This document shows, one piece after another, positions 51,066 to 62,916 of a stretch of DNA of 64,000 nt (the stretch's first letter is position 1; each line of letters starts with the position of its first letter). Position numbers and translations under genes: made by a program. Below the pieces are notes generated by a model. The model had not been told where the DNA came from, made no database searches, and saw nothing but the letters and a program-made list of their open reading frames with translations. This stretch comes from Chloroflexota bacterium. GTDB lineage: Bacteria; Chloroflexota; Dehalococcoidia; Lucifugimonadales; JADFKI01. The stretch spans positions 1 to 64,000 of the forward strand of contig JAQBUT010000020.1 of NCBI GenBank assembly GCA_027623195.1, read 5' to 3'.

Positions 51066-51105
51066 AAAAGAAAAGGCCTCCGGATTTTCGGAGGCCTTTT
51101 CTTTT
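51066..51105. terminator. Bidirectional terminator between rpsI and dnaK
   Basis: AAAAGAAAAGGCCTCCG/CGGAGGCCTTTTCTTTT. Confidence 0.9.
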
Positions 51106-51172
51106 GCATTGTTTATTTACTAAGGTAAGGCTAAGCGGCCCACCCGGTACAGTTCGGGTAATTTATTCCGCA

Positions 51173-53082
<1,910 letters not shown>

Positions 53083-53083
<1 letters not shown>

Positions 53084-53721
53084 TATTGTGTCTCCTGTTG
53101 TGAGCTTGTATCGGGATTCTTATCAGTTGGCTCGGGGGCCTTGGAAACTACCACCTGCGCGGCTCGAATTACTCTACCTCGTAGCTTGTAACCGTTTCGT
53201 ATCACGTCCGTGACTATGCCTTCCTCGCGGTCAGGTGTTTCTTGGTAGAACACGGCTTCGTGTCCCCAAGGCTCGAAAGGCTGGCCTTCCGCCTCTATCT
53301 TGGTGACTCCCTCGGAGTCCATTACGTTGGCAAGGTTTCGCTGCACCAGTTGCAGGCCTTCCATCCAGCCCGGGGCTACGGCATCTTCTGGCACCATGGC
53401 CATGGCCCGGCTAAAGTCGTCCACCACGCCAAGGAACTTCAGTATGAGGTCCGTATTGGCATTGCGCCTGATCTCTTGCTGTTCATCAGCCGCACGTTTT
53501 CGGTAGTTGATAAGGTCCGCCTGGGCGCGCTGGGCTATAGACCGGAACTGGTCCTTTTCCCGTAGCGCCTCTTCAAGGCGTTCTTGCGTTAAGGTCATCT
53601 CGTCCTTTTCTTCAGCATCCTCAATATTTTGGGTATTTTGGCCGTCTGGGGCCGCACCCGTAGCTGACGCATCCAAATTCAACGTCGATTCTAGGTCTTC
53701 AGGCGGATTTTCTTGGGTCAT
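53083..53721 (-). CDS. grpE: Nucleotide exchange factor GrpE
   Basis: [20 protein letters not shown]...IRAAQVVV. Confidence 0.97.
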
Positions 53722-53746
53722 TTAAACGGAACCTCCAACCATACCA

Positions 53747-54115
53747 TTATCGCAGTCTGGCATGGAGTAGCTCAAGCATATCGTCGATGCTTCCGCTTAA
53801 GGAGTGCTTGAGCTCGTCGCCCTTTAAAGTTCTTACCCTGGCCTTCATCTGCACCAGCCTGTTGAAGAGACCCAGAGCCAACTGCACGCCAGCCAGGTTC
53901 AGGCCCAGATCGCCCACCAGATGCTTGATGAGCCGCAATCTGGCCACGTCCTCTTCCGAGTAAAGACGCAGCATCCCCACTGTTCGCGATGGCCTAACAA
54001 GCCCCACTCGCTCGTACTTACGGAGCGTCTGCGGGTGCATCTCTAGGATGCGGGCGGCTACGCTGATGATGTAGACGCCTTCTATATTTTCTTGCGCTGC
54101 TTGACTTCTTTGCAT
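53747..54115 (-). CDS. hspR: MerR-family heat-shock repressor HspR
   Basis: VYIISVAA...MHPQTLRKYER.GL..PSRT...RLYS...LGLNLAGV; adjacent to grpE-dnaK. Confidence 0.88.
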   Translation of the reverse strand: MQRSQAAQENIEGVYIISVAARILEMHPQTLRKYERVGLVRPSRTVGMLRLYSEEDVARLRLIKHLVGDLGLNLAGVQLALGLFNRLVQMKARVRTLKGDELKHSLSGSIDDMLELLHARLR

Positions 54116-54318
54116 GCCCTGCCTTGATAAAGGTCTCTTATGGAACTAATACCCTTTTTATGGGTGGTTTGAACCCCTTCAGCGGTTATTCCGGCTAACC
54201 TGTTTGGGCTAACTTCGTTATAAGAATGAGCATCCCTATTCAAGAATTTTGCTTGCAGTATGTGCCATTCTCGCAACTGGGAATCCCGTTAAATAATACT
54301 CAACTCCACTCGTATAGT

Positions 54319-54357
54319 ATTCTACGGCTTGACACACTCCGTGTCAAGAACTATAAT
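54319..54357. promoter_or_regulatory. Mirror-symmetric divergent sigma70 promoters with a HAIR-like palindrome
   Basis: Plus: TTGACA(54329)-N17-TATAAT; minus: TTGACA(54347)-N17-TAGAAT; palindrome CTTGACAC-N5-GTGTCAAG 54328-54348. Confidence 0.8.
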
Positions 54358-54481
54358 GGCAAGTAGTGTAGGACGGTTAAGATTTCTTCGAGAGTTATTC
54401 CGTAGAATCTAAATCCGTGAACGGACATCTAATTGCGTAAGCAAGTTGCTGGGCAGGGAAAATTATTCGGAGGTACATTTT

Positions 54482-54670
54482 ATGATGTTGCACTTCAAGG
54501 GTTGCCCTCGTTGCCAGGGGGATCTGACCACAAACAAAGATATGTACGGCGAGTACAGCGAATGCCTGCAGTGCGGGTACGTGTTGGATGTCGAGAAGCC
54601 TAATAGCCTTTTCACCATGACTACGTCGGAGATAGCGACCGCTACCAAGCGAAGTAAGAAGGCAGCGTAG
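54482..54670 (+). CDS. Small zinc-ribbon protein (62 aa)
   Basis: CPRC...CLQCG; GGAGGT RBS, own promoter and terminator. Confidence 0.85.
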   Translation: MMLHFKGCPRCQGDLTTNKDMYGEYSECLQCGYVLDVEKPNSLFTMTTSEIATATKRSKKAA

Positions 54671-54698
54671 CACTCTAAATACTCTATCGCGGTAATTC

Positions 54699-54734
54699 AA
54701 AGAGGCCCTCTCGTTCGAGAGGGCCTCTTTTTTT
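54699..54734 (+). terminator. Intrinsic terminator
   Basis: AAAGAGGCCCTCTCG/CGAGAGGGCCTCTTTTTTT. Confidence 0.9.
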
Positions 54735-54774
54735 GTCTATGTAGGCCTTTTGCAATAAAGGCCGTTTAAAGCTC

Positions 54775-54822
54775 ATGGGTCAACAGGTTCACCACGAACG
54801 TAAGTATCAAAACCCGTTCGTC
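54775..54822 (+). repeat. REP-like repeat, copy 2 (degenerate)
   Basis: ATGGGTCAACAGGTTCACCACGAACG...CCCGTTCGTC. Confidence 0.55.
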
Positions 54823-54961
54823 TCCGTCGTGGCGGATCGATGGATGAAATATTGATTCAACGTATTTTCGTCCAAGGCATCTACCTCGGTTTGCTACGGA
54901 AAAGCCAGTCGGGCGAATATTACCTTTGGCCATGACCGGCCCTAGACCGCTCTACCAAAAT

Positions 54962-55576
54962 CTAAGTTAGATCGTCCGAGAAGCGTTCCTCTTTCCACGG
55001 GTCGCCGGCGTTGTGGTAGCCGCGAACTTCCCAGAAGCCAGGCTTGTCTTCAGCCATGAACTCCAGGCCGTTCACCCACTTGGCGCTTTTCCATGCGTAG
55101 CGCTTGGGGACCACGAACCTCAGGGGGCCACCGTGCTTCGGCTCCAGCGGTTTTTCCTGATGACTATGCGCAAAAAGCACATCGTCGTCTTGGACGATCT
55201 CCAGCGGGAGGTTTGTTGTGTAGCCGCCGTAGCAGTGCAGCATCACGAACTTGGCCTCGGCCTTGGGTTGCGCCAGCTTCAAGATATCGTTGAACAGCAC
55301 GCCCTCCCAGGTGTTGTGCAGGTTGCTCCACTGGGTGACGCAGTGAAACTCGGCGTCCAACGTCGTCTGCGGAAGTTCGTTGAACTGCTTCCAGTCCAGC
55401 GTGACCTCGCCGTCCACCAGTCCGAAGATGCGAAATTTCCACTCATTAATGTCGATCTCAGGCGTGGGGCCGTAGGACAGCACCGGGAACTTGTCGGTTA
55501 CGAACTGGCCCGGGGGAACCTCTCGGCCTTCAATATCCTGGTTTATTTCGGTAGTTCGTCCCAGCTTGTTAAGCAT
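54962..55576 (-). CDS. Sulfite-oxidase-like molybdopterin oxidoreductase (YuiH-like)
   Basis: PPGQ, FHCVTQWS, GYTTNLP, HGGPLR, YAWKSAKW, GFWE..GYH. Confidence 0.92.
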   Translation of the reverse strand: MLNKLGRTTEINQDIEGREVPPGQFVTDKFPVLSYGPTPEIDINEWKFRIFGLVDGEVTLDWKQFNELPQTTLDAEFHCVTQWSNLHNTWEGVLFNDILKLAQPKAEAKFVMLHCYGGYTTNLPLEIVQDDDVLFAHSHQEKPLEPKHGGPLRFVVPKRYAWKSAKWVNGLEFMAEDKPGFWEVRGYHNAGDPWKEERFSDDLT

Positions 55577-55673
55577 GGAATCCTCCAGTTGAATGACGTG
55601 AAATTATGAAGAATAGAGTATTGGGAATTCCCAATATTGTACACTATGGGTCAATTTTTAAGCTGAGGATGCG

Positions 55674-56504
55674 ATGAACACCGAAATCGAAGAGATTCTC
55701 AAAGGCTCCTACGACCTTCATGTCCACGCTGCGCCGGATACAGAGGAACGGCGTCTGGACGCTCTGGAGGCTGCCCGCAATGCTTACGAAGCGGAGATGG
55801 GTGGGTTTGTCCTCAAGTCCCATGAGTACCCGACCGCGCCGCTCACCTATGCCCTGAACCGCATGTATCCTGGCCTAAAGGTCTACGGTGCCATAGCTTT
55901 GAACAGGTCCGTAGGCGGGGTGAACCCTGACGCGGTGGAGATGGCCGCCGGACTGGGGACCAAAGTAGTATGGATGCCGACCAAAACAGCCGACTACTGG
56001 CTGAAGAACCAGAAGCGCGGCCCCGGTCTTACGGTGTTCAATGATTCGGGTGAGTTGACAGCAGAGACTCTCAAGGTAGTAGACATCGTTGCTAAGAACG
56101 ACATGGTGCTAGCATCCGGTCACATCTCGCCATTGGAGGCCATCGCCGTATTCGAGGCTGCCAGGGCGGCTGGTGTAACCCGAATGATCGCGACCCACCC
56201 CGCGAACGTGGCCACAGTGGAGCAGCAGAAAGAGATGATTTCGCTGGGGGCCTACCTCGAGTACACATTCCTGGCCTGCATGCCTGTGCGGCAGCGCTAC
56301 ACCGTTAAAGAGCTAATGGATGCCGTACGTTGGCTGGGGCTGGACAACTGCATCATCACCACCGACTTCGGCCAGTGGATGAATCCGCCGCCCGCAGAAG
56401 GCATGCGCATGGCCATCGCCTCGCTACTGAATCAGGCCATGTCGTCGGAAGAGCTTACCAAGCTGGTCAAGACCAACCCCGCCAAGATTCTGGGCGAGGA
56501 CTAG
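55674..56504 (+). CDS. DUF6282-like amidohydrolase-fold metalloprotein
   Basis: DLHVHAAPD, VLKSH, VGGVN, VWMPT, SGH, THP, TDFGQ. Confidence 0.8.
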   Translation: MNTEIEEILKGSYDLHVHAAPDTEERRLDALEAARNAYEAEMGGFVLKSHEYPTAPLTYALNRMYPGLKVYGAIALNRSVGGVNPDAVEMAAGLGTKVVWMPTKTADYWLKNQKRGPGLTVFNDSGELTAETLKVVDIVAKNDMVLASGHISPLEAIAVFEAARAAGVTRMIATHPANVATVEQQKEMISLGAYLEYTFLACMPVRQRYTVKELMDAVRWLGLDNCIITTDFGQWMNPPPAEGMRMAIASLLNQAMSSEELTKLVKTNPAKILGED

Positions 56505-56520
56505 GCCGGGTCATGGGGCT

Positions 56521-56586
56521 GCGCTTCGAAATACTTAGGACGTACGGGAGCCCAATTGCACGTTCGTGGTGAACTCGTCGAACCAC
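56521..56586 (-). repeat. REP-like repeat, copy 3
   Basis: Minus strand GTGGTTCGACGAGTTCACCACGAACG...CCGTACGTCCTAAGTATTTCGAAGCGC. Confidence 0.65.
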
Positions 56587-56638
56587 AAGCCTACATGCGA
56601 CGGTCGACTTCTCGAGTACACTGCCGATTAATTAAAAA

Positions 56639-57067
56639 TCACCCCAACTCAACCAGTTCCACCCAGTTGCCGTCGGGGTCCTGCAGGTAGCAGCCCTTCT
56701 TGCCGGGCACTATCTCGATAGGCGGATTGAGCTTCTGCCCGCCGTGGGCTACCAGGTGCTCGTAGGTCGCGAAGATGTCATCCACCGTGAAGCCGATGTG
56801 GGACGCGCCCAATGCGTTGCGCTCGCTGGTAGTCCTGGGACTGCCGCCAGGGCTCACGTACTCGATCAACTCCAGCATGTAGCCGTCCCCATAATTTAGC
56901 TCTGCGATCTTGAGGGACGTGTTCTCGTAGCCCAGGATGTGGGAGATGGGGCCGCCTTCTCGCTCCCGAGTGTCCTTTAAAGTGAGGCCCACCACATCGC
57001 GGTAGAACTCTATCGACCTCTCCAAGTCGCTAACCACGAATCCAGTATGATGCATTCCGGTGATCAT
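56639..57067 (-). CDS. VOC/glyoxalase-family protein
   Basis: HHTGFVVSDLERSIEFY, LELIEY, HIGF, DPDGNWVEL. Confidence 0.93.
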   Translation of the reverse strand: MITGMHHTGFVVSDLERSIEFYRDVVGLTLKDTREREGGPISHILGYENTSLKIAELNYGDGYMLELIEYVSPGGSPRTTSERNALGASHIGFTVDDIFATYEHLVAHGGQKLNPPIEIVPGKKGCYLQDPDGNWVELVELG

Positions 57068-57098
57068 TGGCTGTCTCCTTCTGCCGGTTAAGTTCTGC

Positions 57099-57524
57099 CT
57101 AGCGACGTAGCGCGCCGACCGCCAGTGAGGCCCACCCCGCCATGAGGCTCAGGCCTCCCAATGGGGCTACGGCGCCGAAAATGCCGATGCCCGTCACGGC
57201 GAGCAAATACAGGCTTCCGCTGAACAGTACTACGCCCGTTGCGAAGAGCCAACCAGCCAGATTTACGTATGGGCCGTCCCGTCTTGTAGCTATCAGCCCT
57301 GTGACCAGTAGCGCCAGCGCGTGGTACATCTGGAAGCGCACCGCCGTCTCGAAGGTGCTCAGAGATGCTGGCTCTAGGGTATCCCGCAACGCGTGGGTTC
57401 CCGCTGCTCCGGCAACCACCGCCAGCAGTCCCAACAGCGCCCCTGCCGCGATCCACACTCTGCCCAAATCGCTGCCTGTGCCTTCGTCGTCCTTTGTCTT
57501 GGCCGTAAACTTTTCCACCACCAT
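57099..57524 (-). CDS. DUF423 (YgdD/TMEM256-like) membrane protein
   Basis: GAAGTH, TAVRFQMYHAL, LFSGSLY, APLGG. Confidence 0.92.
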   Translation of the reverse strand: MVVEKFTAKTKDDEGTGSDLGRVWIAAGALLGLLAVVAGAAGTHALRDTLEPASLSTFETAVRFQMYHALALLVTGLIATRRDGPYVNLAGWLFATGVVLFSGSLYLLAVTGIGIFGAVAPLGGLSLMAGWASLAVGALRR

Positions 57525-57638
57525 GATCGCTGCCTCTTACTGTTTCTGGTGCGCCGAGATTGATAGAAATCTTCGGGCGTAATGGTATCACCCCGAAAAA
57601 GTCTACTCCACAGTCACTGACTTTCCTATAATTGCTCC

Positions 57639-58955
57639 ATGAGATTTTTCTTGCCCTTAATGGTTGTAATTGTGGTTGCAGTCGGCTGCTCTTCGAGCCC
57701 TGATATTGCCCCGGAGCCTCGCCCTGCCGTTTCGGTCAGCGCCGCGCCTACGCTGCCGCCTACCGTGGTCGCGATTCCCGATAGGCCGGAGTTGGCTCCT
57801 ACATCCGCCCCGACTCCTTCTCCGCCACCCACGGTTATGCCGGCCGTCGTCATTCCGCAAAGACTGAAGCCTCTGGACCTGGAGCCAGCCTTTCCCGATC
57901 TTGAGCAATATGATGGCCCGGTGGGCATGGCCTCTCCTGACGATGGCTCCGACCGGCTGTTTCTCATCTTGCAGCGTGGCCAAATCGGCGTCTTTGAAAA
58001 TCGCCACGACGTGACGTCTGCGGAAATCTTCCTGGACATAAGGGAGCGAGTAAACGATAAGGGCAACGAAGAGGGGCTCCTGGGGCTGGCCTTCGACCCG
58101 GCGTATGGCGACAACGGCTACTTTTACGTCTACTACAGCGCAGCCAACCCCCGACGTTCCGTGGTATCACGATTCCATGTAGACGCGAGTGACCCGGACC
58201 TTGCTGACCCAGCCAGCGAGAGAGTTGTGTTGGAGGTGCGTCAGCCCTTCCAGAATCACAACGGCGGTCACCTGGCTTTCGGAGATGACGGGTACCTGTA
58301 CATTGGCCTGGGAGATGGCGGAGGGGGAGGCGATCCGGACAAGAACGGCCAGAACCTATCGACATTGCTGGGTTCTATCCTGAGGATCGATGTCGGGACG
58401 CTGGATAATCAGGGCGTTTACACGGTGCCACCCGATAACCCTTTTGTTGGGACGCCGGGGGCCAGACCTGAGATATGGGCGTATGGCTTCCGCAATCCCT
58501 GGCGCTTTTCGTTCGACAGTGGCACGGGCGACCTGTGGGTGGCCGACGTGGGCCAGAACGCGTACGAGGAGGTCGATCTGGTGAGGCGTGGCGCGAATTA
58601 TGGTTGGAACGTCATGGAAGGCCAACACTGCTTCGGGCGTGGCGGCGATTGTGATACCACGGCGCTGGAACGGCCAGTGGTCGAGTACGGGCGCGATGCC
58701 GGCTGCTCTGTAACAGGTGGCTATGTCTATCGTGGCAACCGCGTGCCGTCGTTGCTCGGGGCGTACGTATACGGCGACTTTTGCAGCGGCCGTCTATGGG
58801 CGTTACGTCACGACGGCCAGCGGCTCCTGGAGAGCATATCCCTGGCAGACACGACTCTGAGGATATCGTCGTTCGGCCAAGATCAGCAAAATGAGCTTTA
58901 CGTTCTGTCCATAGACGGTCGCATACTTCAGTTCGTTCCTGGCGGCGGAAACTAA
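57639..58955 (+). CDS. PQQ-dependent glucose/sorbosone dehydrogenase-family lipoprotein
   Basis: Lipobox AVGC, EEGLLGLAFDP, NHNGG, GDGG, YGFRNPWR, GANYGW. Confidence 0.92.
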   Translation: MRFFLPLMVVIVVAVGCSSSPDIAPEPRPAVSVSAAPTLPPTVVAIPDRPELAPTSAPTPSPPPTVMPAVVIPQRLKPLDLEPAFPDLEQYDGPVGMASPDDGSDRLFLILQRGQIGVFENRHDVTSAEIFLDIRERVNDKGNEEGLLGLAFDPAYGDNGYFYVYYSAANPRRSVVSRFHVDASDPDLADPASERVVLEVRQPFQNHNGGHLAFGDDGYLYIGLGDGGGGGDPDKNGQNLSTLLGSILRIDVGTLDNQGVYTVPPDNPFVGTPGARPEIWAYGFRNPWRFSFDSGTGDLWVADVGQNAYEEVDLVRRGANYGWNVMEGQHCFGRGGDCDTTALERPVVEYGRDAGCSVTGGYVYRGNRVPSLLGAYVYGDFCSGRLWALRHDGQRLLESISLADTTLRISSFGQDQQNELYVLSIDGRILQFVPGGGN

Positions 58956-59112
58956 GACCTTGACGCTTTGCGGGTCCTGGGCCCGCTTCTAACTCAAAAG
59001 AACTTGACACCTAGTCCGATTACCGGGAAAATTCGCTCTGCAGCATGATTCGCCCCTGTTGGGCCAATTCTTGCAGCCAGATCAACCCGTTTATAAAACA
59101 AGGATGAAACCC

Positions 59113-60090
59113 ATGACGATGATGCCCGCTGCCCTGGCGACCGGTCTGAAGCAGATCAAATGCGACGAGACGCCGATTCCAGAAATGGAACCGGGCAAGG
59201 TTCTGGTTAAGACCAGCCTGGGATCCATTTGCGGCAGCGACCTACACATCGTATACATGGGCTGGAACGCGTATGAGTTTCCTTTGGCGCACGGCTATCC
59301 TGGTCACGAGGGAGTGGGCGAAGTCGTTGATCCAGGAGATTCGGACTTCCAGGAGGGCGATCTGGTTCTAACCGCGCCTAACATCTGGAGTTCTAAGGTG
59401 TTCGCTGGCTACCAGATGATCGACCCGAAATTTCTGCTAAGGCTGCCAAAGAATGTTCCCCCAGCCCACCTGCTCATGGCGCAGCAGTTGGGAACCGTGG
59501 TCTTCGCCGCTAGAAAGCTTCCTCCGTTGCTGGGCAAGACGGTGGCCGTATTGGGCCAGGGTTCAGTGGGGCTGTTTCACGACTTTATGTTGAGACGCTT
59601 GGGCGCCCATCGCATCATCGCTATAGAGCCGATTGCGCAACGACTTGAGGCAGGACGTCGTATGGGCGTCGACGTGGCGATTGACGTTACAGGCCAACGG
59701 GCCACCGATGCGGTGCTGGACCTGACCAACGGAGAGGGCGCAGACGTCGTTATAGAGGGGGTTGGAAGCGTGGATACGCTGAACCAGACTCTGAAGATGG
59801 TCAAGCCGCTAGGCACTATCGCCGTCTTTGGGCTGCCGCCCACCATGGAAAAGGTACCATTCGACTGGGATACCTTCTTCCGCAAACGCCTCGACCTATA
59901 CACGACCTTTGGCGCGCAGGACGAGCCGGGCCTTCCCGCATTCCAATTGGCCACCGATTTCATCACTAGGGGCGAGATAGACATGGCGCCTTTTGTGACG
60001 CACCAGTTCCCCATCGAGAGGGTCCAGGAGGCTTTCGACCTTGCCTATTCCAAGGAAGACGGCGCGCTCAAGGTTTCCCTGACCTTCTGA
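59113..60090 (+). CDS. Zinc-binding dehydrogenase (MDR family)
   Basis: ICGSD, PGHEGVG, GQGSVG; lacks the structural-Zn loop; start 59104-59113. Confidence 0.9.
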   Translation: MTMMPAALATGLKQIKCDETPIPEMEPGKVLVKTSLGSICGSDLHIVYMGWNAYEFPLAHGYPGHEGVGEVVDPGDSDFQEGDLVLTAPNIWSSKVFAGYQMIDPKFLLRLPKNVPPAHLLMAQQLGTVVFAARKLPPLLGKTVAVLGQGSVGLFHDFMLRRLGAHRIIAIEPIAQRLEAGRRMGVDVAIDVTGQRATDAVLDLTNGEGADVVIEGVGSVDTLNQTLKMVKPLGTIAVFGLPPTMEKVPFDWDTFFRKRLDLYTTFGAQDEPGLPAFQLATDFITRGEIDMAPFVTHQFPIERVQEAFDLAYSKEDGALKVSLTF

Positions 60091-60228
60091 CGTCGCGAAG
60101 TACCCTGCCATTCTAAAGGCTCGAAGATTTCGAAAACGACAAGAACCGCTTCGCCAAACGCCAAAGTCCGGGTCTGGTGATGATTCGAAAATTATCCTAA
60201 GCTTGATATCCAACATTAAGGTGAAACT

Positions 60229-61578
60229 ATGACCGAGCCTTACCAGCTATCCGTGGCGCAGGCTGCCTCTCAGATACGGGCGAAGCAACTGTCACCCGTG
60301 GCGCTAATGGAATCTCTATTGGCACGTTGCGCCGCGCTGGAGCCTCGTCTAAAGGCCTGGGTGACGCTGGACCCCAACGGCGCTATGGAGTCCGCCAGGC
60401 AACGTGAGAGCGAGCTCATGCGCGAAGGCCCGCGTGGGCCGTTGCACGGCGTTCCCGTGGGCATCAAGGACATCTACAACACGCAGGACATGAGGACGAC
60501 CTGCTGCTCGCCCATCTATGCTGACTTCGTGCCCGACCATGACTCGACTGCCGTTGCTCTGCTAAAGAGGGCTGGAGCGATCATCATGGGCAAGACGGTG
60601 ACGACACAGTTCGCGTGCGGTGACCCGTCTCCTACAGTCAACCCGTGGAACGCTCTCCACACACCAGGAGGCTCCAGCAGCGGCTCTGCAGTAGGCGCCG
60701 CAACCGGAATGTTCCCGGCGTCGCTGGGCACACAGACAGGCGGCTCTGTGCTGAGACCGGCGGCGTATAACGGCGTTGTGGGACTGAAGCCTACCTTTGG
60801 CCGCATAAGCCGTTATGGCGTCTATCCCGTTTCCTGGTCATTGGACACCATGGGTACCTTCACACGATCGGTTGAGGACGCGGCCCTCATGCTCACAGTC
60901 ATGGCCGGTCACGACATAAACGACAGTCACACCTCACCCCGGGAGACTGCAGACTACTCTCAGGCCATCGGTTCGCATACACAGCCTCGCATTGGCGTTT
61001 TGCGGACGTTCTTCTTCGAGCGGTGCAACGACGAGGTTTTGCGGCATACCGAGGCCGTCATAGATAGCCTGCGAAGTGCCGGCGCCGTTGTGGAGGATGT
61101 GCAGATTCCCGTGGACTTCGACACGGTGCTTGCCGCGCAACGGGTACTCATGAGCGTGGAAGGGGCCGCCGTTCATGAGGAGAACTTCAGGACTAGGGCT
61201 GACGACTTTGCTCCAGTTGTTCGAGAGATGATCGAGATGGGCATGATTACTCCAGGAGTAACTTACGTCCAGGCGCAGAGGACGCGTCGAAGGTTCCGAC
61301 GGGAGATGGAGCAGGCCATTCAGGGCTTCGATGTGCTTCTGACTCCCTCAACACCAGCTGCGGCTCCCAGGGACCGGAGCACCACGGGCGATCCGATGTT
61401 CCAGGCTCCGTGGACGACATGCGGGTTGCCGACAGTCAGCCTGCCGTCGGGCCTGAATGGCGACGGGGTGCCTCTTGGGATTCAGCTTGCCGGTGCGCCA
61501 TTTGATGAGGAGAGGCTCTTGGGGGTGGCACACTGGTGCGAGCGCGTGCTGGACTTCACGCTGACGCCAGTAGGCTAG
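60229..61578 (+). CDS. Amidase-signature family protein
   Basis: GPLHGVPVGIKD, PGGSSSGS, GTQTGGS. Confidence 0.95.
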   Translation: MTEPYQLSVAQAASQIRAKQLSPVALMESLLARCAALEPRLKAWVTLDPNGAMESARQRESELMREGPRGPLHGVPVGIKDIYNTQDMRTTCCSPIYADFVPDHDSTAVALLKRAGAIIMGKTVTTQFACGDPSPTVNPWNALHTPGGSSSGSAVGAATGMFPASLGTQTGGSVLRPAAYNGVVGLKPTFGRISRYGVYPVSWSLDTMGTFTRSVEDAALMLTVMAGHDINDSHTSPRETADYSQAIGSHTQPRIGVLRTFFFERCNDEVLRHTEAVIDSLRSAGAVVEDVQIPVDFDTVLAAQRVLMSVEGAAVHEENFRTRADDFAPVVREMIEMGMITPGVTYVQAQRTRRRFRREMEQAIQGFDVLLTPSTPAAAPRDRSTTGDPMFQAPWTTCGLPTVSLPSGLNGDGVPLGIQLAGAPFDEERLLGVAHWCERVLDFTLTPVG

Positions 61579-61587
61579 GGGCGTGCG

Positions 61588-62142
61588 TTACGCCTGTGAC
61601 GACGCGACGTAGTCGGCCATATGCTTACGCAGTAGAATGCGTGCTCGGTGCAGACGCGACTTTAGTGAGGAGATGGTGATGTTCAGCGCATCGGCAGCCT
61701 CGGCATTGGAGAGGCCGGAAACGTCCCTCAGCACCACTGCCGCACGAAGATCCGGATGAAGCATGGCGATTCCTTCGCGAATCTTGTTGCCCAACTCCAT
61801 TGTGACCGCAGCGCCCTCAGGTGTTTCCCCCAAGCTAGGTATCTCCACGTCATCCAGCCCCGTGCGGGTGAGGCTTCGGCCGCGCTTCTCCTTGCGCAGA
61901 CGCATCAGGGCGGCATTAGTGGTAATTCGGTAGAGCCAGGTGGTTACCTTGGAATCGCCTCGAAAGCGGTCTCTGGCGCGGTAGGCGGATATAAACGCTT
62001 CCTGGGCCACATCCTCCGCATCTTCGGCGTTTCCCATCATGCGGTAGGCCACGTTGTAAACGAAGTCCGAGTGCTCACCTACGATGGTATCGAAATCGGG
62101 TAACTCGGACTCGGATTCTGGTTGTTCTTGGCTTTCGTCCAT
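61588..62142 (-). CDS. ECF RNA polymerase sigma factor
   Basis: DAEDVAQEAF, TWLYRI, LRDVSGLS, KSRLHRAR. Confidence 0.95.
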   Translation of the reverse strand: MDESQEQPESESELPDFDTIVGEHSDFVYNVAYRMMGNAEDAEDVAQEAFISAYRARDRFRGDSKVTTWLYRITTNAALMRLRKEKRGRSLTRTGLDDVEIPSLGETPEGAAVTMELGNKIREGIAMLHPDLRAAVVLRDVSGLSNAEAADALNITISSLKSRLHRARILLRKHMADYVASSQA

Positions 62143-62334
62143 GGTGTTTACAGGCGGTTTCCTAGTCGATAATGGGTCTCAGAAGGGGTACTGTAAGTCA
62201 ACGTTTGGGGTGCATCCAATTGTAATTGAGTGCATCTAAAAGGCACAAGGGTAATTTGGTATTGACCGACATGGCATAGTTTAATACATTGTTAGGTACA
62301 GTTGTTCATATGAAAGTACGGCGCGGAGAATAAC

Positions 62335-62601
62335 ATGGTTTCCCGCATAGCAGGATTTTTTAGGCGAAACGACATGGACCCCGATTGTACGGAGGCCCGC
62401 GAGTCGTCGTCTGATTTTCTCGACGAAGACTTGGACGAGTCCATGGCGTCCAGGATATCCGAACATTTGGGACGCTGCGGTCCTTGCAACTCATTTATCC
62501 AGACTATGAAAGCCACTGTTGCCCTGCTGCGGGCGACACCACAAGAAAAAGCGCCACCAAACTTTGCAGAACGACTCAAGAAGAGGATTGAAGAGGACTA
62601 A
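62335..62601 (+). CDS. Soluble zinc-binding anti-sigma factor (ZAS/zf-HC2)
   Basis: C...HLGRCGPC (HxxxCxxC); GGAG RBS. Confidence 0.85.
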   Translation: MVSRIAGFFRRNDMDPDCTEARESSSDFLDEDLDESMASRISEHLGRCGPCNSFIQTMKATVALLRATPQEKAPPNFAERLKKRIEED

Positions 62602-62637
62602 CGCACCACATAACCTTTTAGCATATGCGTGCGACGC

Positions 62638-62684
62638 AGGCCTTAGGAGTTTCCAGGGTGAAACAGACTGAGGCCTATTTTTTT
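62638..62684 (+). terminator. Probable terminator after the anti-sigma gene
   Basis: AGGCCTTAG...CTGAGGCCT stem followed by a T-tract. Confidence 0.55.
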
Positions 62685-62772
62685 GCCTGCGATCTTCGGG
62701 GGTTGACTACCGCGTCGCCATTGCCGAAAATCCAGGCTGTCAGCTCTGCTAAAAAAGTGGCCATGAGGCGCC

Positions 62773-62838
62773 TGGTTCGGCAGGCTCACCACGTAGGTAG
62801 ATTTTAAGATCCATTCGTCCTTAGTTTGTCGAAGGACG
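62773..62838 (+). repeat. REP-like repeat, copy 4
   Basis: TGGTTCGGCAGGCTCACCACG...CCATTCGTCCTTAGTTTGTCGAAGGACG. Confidence 0.7.
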
Positions 62839-62916
62839 AGGCACTCAGGTTTGGCACTTAAAGCGTAAAGATCAACGTAACAAAGAATCCGTTCACCTCG
62901 ATATTGGAGGTAGCCG

